Part shown: positions 57,289 through 64,000 of the stretch, in pieces
How the letters are laid out: each line of letters starts with the position of its first letter
How positions within the stretch are numbered: position 1 is the first letter of the stretch
From: Myxococcales bacterium
GTDB lineage: Bacteria > Myxococcota_A > Polyangia > Polyangiales > DASUME01
Length of the DNA stretch: 64,000 bases
Assembly (NCBI GenBank): GCA_047601445.1
Contig: JASGJH010000001.1
Coordinates: 832,001-896,000 of the forward strand
Direction: 5' to 3'
The notes under the pieces: generated by a model
What the model was told of the DNA's origin: nothing
Databases searched by the model: none
Seen by the model: only the letters and a program-made list of their open reading frames with translations
Position numbers and translations under genes: made by a program

Positions 57289-59158
57289 TTACGAGGCGTC
57301 CGCAACGAAGGATTGGACGCTGCTCTTCAGGGCTTCCGACTCGAAGATGGGGCCGGAGCAAGCTGCGTCCGAGCAGAGGTACACGGCGGGACGCTCGGGA
57401 TACGGATAGTGCCCCGTTCCTGGTTCGAAGTGGGCCACGATTCCCTGCGGAAGAAACAGCGCTCGTGCCCGCTCCAATAGGGCTTTTGTCCGTAGATCTG
57501 CGGCGGGTCCGACCACGGATAGCATCACATGGGGAGCGCTCGCCTGTTCCAGGGCGAGCAGGTAGTCACCGATGTTGCGTCCCTCGGCGGCAATCACGCG
57601 TTCCTGCGCGAGCGAGCGCAGTGTTCGCAGGGCGGCCTCACGCAATGCAGCATCGTCGTTTCGCTGTCCCCGCCTCAGGAGGAGGCGCGCCATCGAAGCG
57701 TTCTCTCGCACGGGCTTCAGCGGATCGCCGAAGACGCCTCTGGCTCCGAATTGAGCGCTGCGCGCGTGGAAGCCACCACGCTCACGGTCTTCGAGGAGCG
57801 CGCGCGTGGCCTCCAGGGTTTGGTCGGCGGCCTGGGTCCATTCGACAGCGTGCTCCGTATTCAGCGCCGCGAGCGCGTCGAGCGCCGCAATCATCTCCAC
57901 TTGGTCGCTCAGGAAGAAGCCTTCGGGTTCGCGCGCGCCTGCCTGCGCCTGGTGGGCGAACAGCGGCCCACGTCGGAGCGCACGGTCGACGTCTGCGAGC
58001 GCGGCCTCTGACGCTTCGCGCCAGCGTGCTTGGCCGGTCACTTGAGAGAGCTCACACAACCCGCGGATCAGCATGCCGTTGAGGTCCGCGTACGCGTGCC
58101 GATCCGAGATCCGGCGCAGGCACGCCGCGACGCTCGGCCGCGGTCAGCGCGTGAAAGCGCTCTCCCGCCATGTGATGGGGCTCGCCGGGCGTGCCCACGT
58201 CAGCCGCTTGGCTCGCGTAGAACGCTCCCGAAGGGCTCTGCAGTGTGCTCACCACGTAGTTGGCCACGCGCTCGGCGGCCTCGCGCCAGCGGGTGTCGCC
58301 CGTGGCCGCATAGGCAGCGCTGAAGTCGAGCAGCGCATCCGCCTGGATTCGCGCGAGCTTCTCGAAGTGGGGCCGCGTCCACACCCCGCGTAGTGAGTAC
58401 TGGAACATGCCGCCGTCGATGGGATCGATCAGCGCCACGTGGCCTCGCAGGCTGGTGAGCGCCTGCTCCAGGCGCTCGGGCTCGCGCTGCACGGCGAAGC
58501 GAAAGAGTGCGTGCTGCACAGGCGCGGATAGCGGGTACTTTTGGGGCCCGCCCCAGCCACCTTGAGTACGGTCGTAGTACTGGTCCAGCTGCGCCAACGC
58601 GAAGGTTCGGATGGGCTCGAGGTCGCCGACCAGGTGCGAATCGGCGTCGGAGTTGGGCTCGGGGACGCGTGGTGCCCGGCCCTCATGCACGTGCGAGAGG
58701 AGCTCGTCGAGTAGCCTTGCGAACGAGGGCGCGGATTGGTGACCGCGCAACGTGACGATGGCCTGCGCTTCGGAGGTGAGGATGGCGGTGGCTGGCCAAC
58801 CCCACGCCAGGTAGCGCTGGCGCAGCTCCGGGTTTTCATCCTGATCCACGCGCATGGCCACGAAGCCTCGGGACACAGCCGCGGCGACGCGCGGGTCCTG
58901 GTACGTGGTGGCATTCATCACGTGGCACCAGTGGCAGAAGCCGGCCTGCACGCTGAGCAGGATGAGTTTGTGTTCGCGCCGGGCCTCTTCGAGCGCCTCG
59001 GGTCCGAAGGGCCGCCACGCGATGCGGGGGGGCGACCCGTGCGGAGGTTGAGGGATGACCGGCGCGCGCACGCAGGCGGCGAGCCAGCCGAGCAGCAGCC
59101 AGGTCAGCCAGCGCGAGCTTCGGGGGGCAGCAGGGCGAGCCGGAGGGCGGACGGTCAT
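57289..59158 (-). pseudogene. YyaL/DUF255 thioredoxin-domain lipoprotein, frameshifted at about 58104 (probably a sequencing artefact)
   Basis: Lipobox LAAC; CHWCHVM, GWP, GGWGGPQKYP, PHFEK, GAFYASQ. The C-terminal half (ADLNGMLI, AVYLC..ACSGP) is in another frame; removing one C at 58104-58105 joins them (PDLDRHAYADLNG). Confidence 0.85.
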
Positions 59159-59371
59159 GGCCTCTCTACGGGGCGCCGGGCGGACCAGATCACCCGCCCA
59201 GGGCGAGAGCTTGCACACCAATCGCCGGCTTGCGTCCTGGACTTGGGGGCGGGCTAGGGGGCCGGTGGTGGGGGGCTGGCCCACATAGAGGGGCGCGCAG
59301 CGTGGCGTGCGTGCACTTTTGGAGACCCGCGCCGGTGACCTGTGCCACGCTACCAAAAGAGCTTTATTTCC

Positions 59372-60721
59372 ATGCCCAAGCCACTGAAGGCCCTGTTCGA
59401 CGTCCGCCGTTCCGAGCTCGCTCCCACGCTGCTCATGTCGGGGTACTTCTTCCTGGTCATCACGTGCTTTTGGATCCTGAAGCCGATCAAGAAGTCGCTC
59501 TTCTTGGAGTTCTATCGACCCGGCCTCACGTTGGCGCTGCCCGGGTTCGGATTGGGTAGCGCGGGGCAGCTCGCGCTGACGGCGGCGGAGCTGGAGCTCG
59601 GCGCCAAAGTCGTCAACATGATCGTGGCGGCCCTGGCGGCCCTGGTGTTCGTGGGCATCGCCCGACGCTGTCGTCGCGAACAGCTGACCTACGTGTTCGG
59701 CGCCTCTTCGCTGGGTGCCTTCTTCCTGTTTACGCGCTTCATCGATGCGCCCTCGGCGGCCTCGGTCTGGTCGTTCTATCTGTTCGGCGACCTCTTCAAC
59801 ATGCTGATGGTGGCGTCGTTCTTCGCCTACTTGAACGACATCGTGTCGTCCTCGGTGGCGCGCCGTATCTACGCCTTCGTGGTGTTGGGCGGCGTGATCG
59901 GCGGCGTGTTCGGTTCCACCGTCGTGAAGGCCCGCATCTCGGTGTTCTCCACCTCGATGTGGCTCTGGATTTGCTGCGCGGCCACGTTCTGCATCATGGG
60001 GTTCGCCCTGTGGGTCTCGCGCTTGAAGCTGCCTGTGACGCAGCACAAGCCCGAGGAGGCGGAGGTCGTCGTGACGGCCGGCATGCGCACGGGCGCGGCC
60101 GGCGCGCGGGTCGTGCTGGGGTCGCGCTATTTGCAGGCCATCGCCTGCATCGTGGCCATCTACGAGATTGTCTCCACGGTGATGGACTTCCAGTTCAGCG
60201 CCACCGTCAGCCACTACCTGGAGGGCGCGGCCATCAAGGAGCAGTTGGCCTCGGTGTTCCTGGTGACGAACGTGGTGTCGCTCCTGGTGCAGCTCCTGTT
60301 CACGCGCTTCGTGATGCAAGAGCTCGGCATCCGCGCGGCCCTGAGCGTGTTGCCCTTCGTGGTGCTGGTGGTGGCCGGCGGTTTCGCCATCATGCCGCTG
60401 CTGTGGGTGGGAAGCTCCCTGAGCATCGCGGACAACGCGCTGAACTACTCGGTGAACCAGTCGGCGCGTGAGTCGCTGTACGTGCCCGCCAGCGCGCTCG
60501 AGAAGTACCAGGCGAAGGCCTTCATCGACATCTTCGTGCAGCGCTCGGCCAAGGCCGTGGGCGTGGTGCTGAGCTTCGCCATGAGCCTGTGGATCCGCGA
60601 CGACCTCACCGCCGTGCGTTACTTGAGCCTGGTGGTGGTGGGGCTCTCGTTCGTGTGGCTGTGGCTGGCCCGCTACGCCGGCAACCGCTTCAACGAACTC
60701 TCGGCCAGCCCCGCGGAGTGA
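59372..60721 (+). CDS. Npt1/Npt2 (TLC, ATP:ADP antiporter-like) MFS transporter
   Basis: FFLVI..WILKPIKKSLF, ARRIY..GG..GG, DFQF, YSVN..ARESLYVP..EKYQAKAFID...R. Confidence 0.85.
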   Translation: MPKPLKALFDVRRSELAPTLLMSGYFFLVITCFWILKPIKKSLFLEFYRPGLTLALPGFGLGSAGQLALTAAELELGAKVVNMIVAALAALVFVGIARRCRREQLTYVFGASSLGAFFLFTRFIDAPSAASVWSFYLFGDLFNMLMVASFFAYLNDIVSSSVARRIYAFVVLGGVIGGVFGSTVVKARISVFSTSMWLWICCAATFCIMGFALWVSRLKLPVTQHKPEEAEVVVTAGMRTGAAGARVVLGSRYLQAIACIVAIYEIVSTVMDFQFSATVSHYLEGAAIKEQLASVFLVTNVVSLLVQLLFTRFVMQELGIRAALSVLPFVVLVVAGGFAIMPLLWVGSSLSIADNALNYSVNQSARESLYVPASALEKYQAKAFIDIFVQRSAKAVGVVLSFAMSLWIRDDLTAVRYLSLVVVGLSFVWLWLARYAGNRFNELSASPAE

Positions 60722-61012
60722 CTTCCCTCGGGGCGGGGGCGGGTTTCCGCCAGCTTCGCTGTCGCGCGTGGTCCTGGTCGTGGACTTCGGGCTGAGCTCG
60801 TCGTGGCGCTGCGCCACAAGCACCCCACCTCCTACGCCAGCACCCAGGCCTGACGTTACCGGCGGCCAGCACGATAAGTCTTCGGTTGCTCACGGAGACT
60901 CAACTGAGCAACCGGAGACATGGGTAACGGCGCTCACGCAGCCTGATCTACCCGCTCATACGCGCTTCGTGAGTTCGCGCAGGGACTCACCCGTGCCATC
61001 GAGCCTGCACAC

Positions 61013-61041
61013 TTGACCACTGTCATCGCGTTCAGTAGCCT
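61013..61041 (+). promoter_or_regulatory. Sigma70-like promoter with an overlapping Myxococcus-type LexA box
   Basis: -35 TTGACC (61013-61018), 17-nt spacer, -10 TAGCCT (61036-61041). CTGTCATCGCGTTCAGT (61020-61036) matches CTRHAMRYBYGTTCAGS at 14/17. Confidence 0.75.
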
Positions 61042-61097
61042 GGAAGATCTCAGCGCTCCTCAGGGCAAGGGAGCGCTTCTGCGGGGGTCTCGAGAAA

Positions 61098-61805
61098 ATG
61101 GGCAAAACCGAGTCGATTCAAGCGCTTAGTGCGATCTCTCCCAGGGGCCTCCGGAGCGACCCGGCCCCCCTGAACAGCCGGGCTCCGCTCTGGGAGCACT
61201 GGGGGCCCGGGCAAATCCTGGAGCTCTCCGGAAGTGCTCCGGGAAAGCTCAGTACGGTCGCTCGCTTGCTGCTCCGGGCCCAGGTCGAAGGAGAGCCCTG
61301 CGCCTGGGTTTCGCCGCGCGACGAGTCGAGCTTTTATCCGCCCGATTTTGCCCAGGTGGGTATCGATCTCTCGGCCCTCGTGTTGGTGCGTGTGCCGCCC
61401 GAAGCGGGCTCCCACGGCGTCGTGCGGGCGAGTGAACTCCTGCTGCGCTCGGGAGCCTTCGGCATGTTGGTGGTGGATTTCTCGCACGGTGTCCCGCGCG
61501 GCGAGCTCAGCTGGCAGTCGCGGCTCTCCGGGCTCCTGCGTATGCACGATGCGCGCGTCGTGCTGCTCACCAAGAGCGAAGCCCATCAGCCTTCGTTGGG
61601 ACCCATGGTGGGATTGCGGCTCGAGCCCCAGGTGAGCGTCTCGGCGGCCTCGAGCGGCCTTCCTGGCGGCGCTGGGAGCGCTGACGCCCGGGGCGCCACA
61701 CGCATGTCCCTCGGCCAGCGGGTGCTCAAGTGCAAGCTGGGAGGGGCGCTCTCCATCTCTCCGGACGTGCGGGAGCCCCCGCTGGGAGCCGTGAGGCATG
61801 CATGA
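61098..61805 (+). CDS. imuA: ImuA (RecA-like translesion-synthesis accessory protein)
   Basis: GQILELSG...GK, CAWV, FYPPD...GIDL, LLRSGAFGMLVVD. First gene of the SOS cassette. Confidence 0.85.
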   Translation: MGKTESIQALSAISPRGLRSDPAPLNSRAPLWEHWGPGQILELSGSAPGKLSTVARLLLRAQVEGEPCAWVSPRDESSFYPPDFAQVGIDLSALVLVRVPPEAGSHGVVRASELLLRSGAFGMLVVDFSHGVPRGELSWQSRLSGLLRMHDARVVLLTKSEAHQPSLGPMVGLRLEPQVSVSAASSGLPGGAGSADARGATRMSLGQRVLKCKLGGALSISPDVREPPLGAVRHA

Positions 61806-63298
61806 GCTCGCTGCGTCGCATCACCTGCGTCGACATCCCTGACCTGCCGCTGCAGATCCTGCTGCGCAGCCATCCGGAGTATCGCGACTTTCCCGCCGCG
61901 GTAGTGGCGGAGGAGCGACCTGAGTCGCCGCTCTTGCTCGTCAACCGCCACGCCCGGGACATGCGGCTGCGCACGGGCATGCGCTTCGGGGCCGCCAAGA
62001 GCTTGGTGCCCGAGCTGCGCGTGGGCTCGGTGTCTGCGGTGGACGTGGAGCAAACGGTGAGCCAGCTCGTGCACGACCTGCAGACCTTCTCGCCCCACGT
62101 GGAGCGCGATCCGGTAAGCGCCGGCGTGTTCTACGTGGATCCGAGCGGCCTCTCGCATCTCTATGGCGGAGAGCTCAACTGGGCGCGCTGCGTGTATCGC
62201 TATCTCACGGGGAGGCGCTTCTTCGCGGCCGTGGTGGTGGGCTTCGGCCGCACGCTCTCCTATGCGTTGGCGCGCACCACACGCGGCGTGAAGGTCGTGG
62301 AGCGAGAGCCGGAGGCTCTGGAGCTGGCCCGTGAGGTTCCGCTCGAGCGCCTGCACGTGACGCCCAAGCTGCGCGACTCGCTGGAGCGCCTGGGGCTCAC
62401 CACGCTGGGTGATCTGTGCGGCTTCGGGGCCGATCAACTGGGTACGCGCTTCGGTGCCGAGGCTGCCCGTTGGTGTCGCGTGGCGCAGGCCGAGGAGGTG
62501 CTGCCGCTGTGTGCCGAGCCGCACGTGGATACGCCGCGCACCGAGGTGGAGGTGGATCCCCCGGACGACGACGTGGCGCGCCTGTGCTTCGCGCTCAAGC
62601 GTGGCCTCGATTCGCTGCTGGAGAACGTGCGTCAGCGCGGCCAGAGCGTGCGCGCGCTGTGGATGCGACTCGTGCTCGAGCGAGGTCCCGAGAATGTGCA
62701 GCGTCTGGAACCATCGTCTTCCACGCGCGACGCGGCCTTGCTACTGGAGCTGTTGCGGTTGCGGCTCACGGCCTTGAACCTCGCGTCCCGGGTGGAGCGG
62801 GTGGTGCTCGAGGCAGAGATGAGCGACGCGGCGCCGGGGCAGCTCAACATGTTCATCCCCAAGCGTGACCTGGCCGCGGGAGACCGTGCCCTGGCGCGCA
62901 TCAAGGCGAGCTACGGACCCGACGTGGTGTGCAGGGCCGAGCTCGAAGATGCCCACCTGCCCGAGGCCAAGTTCCGATTCTCCCAGTTTTCACGGCTCGA
63001 AAAGCCCAAGCCGCAAGACGCCCCGGAGCATGCCGCGCTGCCCCTGGTGCGCAGGTTGCTGCTCAAGCCCGAGCCGATGTCGGGCAGCGTCGAGGTCGAC
63101 GCGATGAGCCGAGCGAAGACCCTGGTGCACGCGGGAGAGCCCTATGCGTTGGTGGGACCCTATCGCCTGAGCGGAGGTTGGTGGGCCCGCGAGGTCACGC
63201 GTGATTACTACTACGCGCGCTCGCCACGCGGAGAGCTCCTGTGGGTGTTCTACGACGGGCCGAGGGCGTCTTGGTTTTTGCACGGTGTGGTGGATTGA
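61802..63298 (+). CDS. imuB: ImuB, inactive Y-family DNA polymerase
   Basis: CVDIPDLPLQ, FSPHVE, DPSGL..LYGGE, LERLGLTTLGDL, QLNMF clamp-binding motif, GPYRLSGGWW...RDYY. ATGA overlap with imuA. Confidence 0.9.
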   Translation: MSSLRRITCVDIPDLPLQILLRSHPEYRDFPAAVVAEERPESPLLLVNRHARDMRLRTGMRFGAAKSLVPELRVGSVSAVDVEQTVSQLVHDLQTFSPHVERDPVSAGVFYVDPSGLSHLYGGELNWARCVYRYLTGRRFFAAVVVGFGRTLSYALARTTRGVKVVEREPEALELAREVPLERLHVTPKLRDSLERLGLTTLGDLCGFGADQLGTRFGAEAARWCRVAQAEEVLPLCAEPHVDTPRTEVEVDPPDDDVARLCFALKRGLDSLLENVRQRGQSVRALWMRLVLERGPENVQRLEPSSSTRDAALLLELLRLRLTALNLASRVERVVLEAEMSDAAPGQLNMFIPKRDLAAGDRALARIKASYGPDVVCRAELEDAHLPEAKFRFSQFSRLEKPKPQDAPEHAALPLVRRLLLKPEPMSGSVEVDAMSRAKTLVHAGEPYALVGPYRLSGGWWAREVTRDYYYARSPRGELLWVFYDGPRASWFLHGVVD

Positions 63299-63356
63299 GC
63301 GGCATTTTGAGCACGTGTACGAGCACGCGGTGAGAAGGACAGGGCAGGGGGATTCC

Positions 63357-64000
63357 GTGGAGTACGTGCCGTTGTGGGTCAAGAGCAATCACAGCTTCCT
63401 CGAGGGGGCGAGTCATCCGGAGGAGCTCGTCATGCGCGCCCACGAGCTGGGGCTTTCAGCCATGGCCATCACCGATCGCGACGGTGTGTACGGTGCCGTG
63501 AAGGCGCACGTGAAGGCCAAGGAGCTCGGCATCAAGCTCCTGATCGGCGCCGAGATCACGCTCACGCCCAACCTCGATAGCGAGCTGGTGCAACACGTGA
63601 TCCTGTTGGCCAAGGACCGAGCGGGCTACGGCAATCTATGCGCCCTCATCTCCAAGGGCCGCCAGCGCTCCGAGAAGGGGCGCTCTCTGGTGACGCTCGA
63701 CGAGGTGCGGGAGGCCGCGGGCCAGCTGATCGCGCTGTGCCTCGAGCCCACGCTCCTGGCCTCGCTCAAGCCGGCTTTTCAGGGCGATCTCTACGCGCTC
63801 TGCGTGCGGCACGAGGCCGAGGGCGATAGCCTGCGCGAAGCCCAGCTACGCGAGCGTGCGCGCGCGCTCCAGGTGCCCGTGGTGGGCACCACCGAGGTGC
63901 TTTACCACGACGCCGCTCGCCGCCCGCTCCAGGACGTGCTCACCTGCATTCGTCACGGTGTCTCCCTGCGCGAGGCGGGCACTCGCATCAAGCCCAACAC
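63357..64000 (+). CDS. dnaE2: Error-prone DNA polymerase DnaE2 (ImuC); 3'-partial
   Basis: VEYVPLWVKSNHSFLEGASHPEELV, AITDRDGVYG, GYGNLCALISKG, LQDVLTCIRHG. The frame stays open to the window end. Confidence 0.92.
   Translation, partial: MEYVPLWVKSNHSFLEGASHPEELVMRAHELGLSAMAITDRDGVYGAVKAHVKAKELGIKLLIGAEITLTPNLDSELVQHVILLAKDRAGYGNLCALISKGRQRSEKGRSLVTLDEVREAAGQLIALCLEPTLLASLKPAFQGDLYALCVRHEAEGDSLREAQLRERARALQVPVVGTTEVLYHDAARRPLQDVLTCIRHGVSLREAGTRIKPN

Noticed and set aside
30760..59158. Programmed ribosomal frameshifting or genome decay as the cause of the split genes
   Set aside because: No slippery heptamers, in-frame stops or other decay are seen. The shared GATC context points to a technical cause.
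58052..60823. 923-aa - strand ORF read as one fusion protein
   Set aside because: Its first 555 codons are mostly the antisense of the NTT-like transporter. The real gene starts at about 59158.
60768..61016. 82-aa ORF upstream of imuA
   Set aside because: No RBS or convincing motif, and it runs into the imuA promoter.

Overview
High-GC (by eye about 70%) bacterial chromosomal window, most likely Myxococcota. The indicators are a DUF1592/DUF1552 pair, many lipoproteins with GD/DAG acidic linkers, a membrane Hanks-type kinase and a Myxococcus-type LexA box. About 45 genes are supported: MmyB regulator/VOC pair; PQQ-type propeller lipoprotein with a divergent LytS/LytTR pair; secreted GH-like/PA14 protein; ImmA/IrrE peptidase plus class III nucleotidyl-cyclase-like gene; pectin-acetylesterase-like lipoprotein; tamA/tamB-like pair; nudC; PhoX-family phosphatase; OprO/P-family porin; TetR/GST; PDO-rhodanese fusion; 7TM Ser/Thr kinase; lemA-TPM-TPM; GT4-GH57; kup; AmmeMemoRadiSam genes; YyaL-like protein; NTT-like transporter; and imuA-imuB-dnaE2 (running off the right end). 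No rRNA, tRNA, CRISPR array or transposase was seen. The best candidate for an undescribed system is the translationally coupled stand-alone ImmA/IrrE metallopeptidase + divergent adenylate-cyclase-like gene (9970-11444), which has neither an HTH partner nor a cNMP effector nearby. Separately, all five frameshifted genes break at or beside a GATC motif, which suggests methylation-linked sequencing errors and therefore probable host GATC methylation. All product calls come from reading motifs by eye; no database searches were run.
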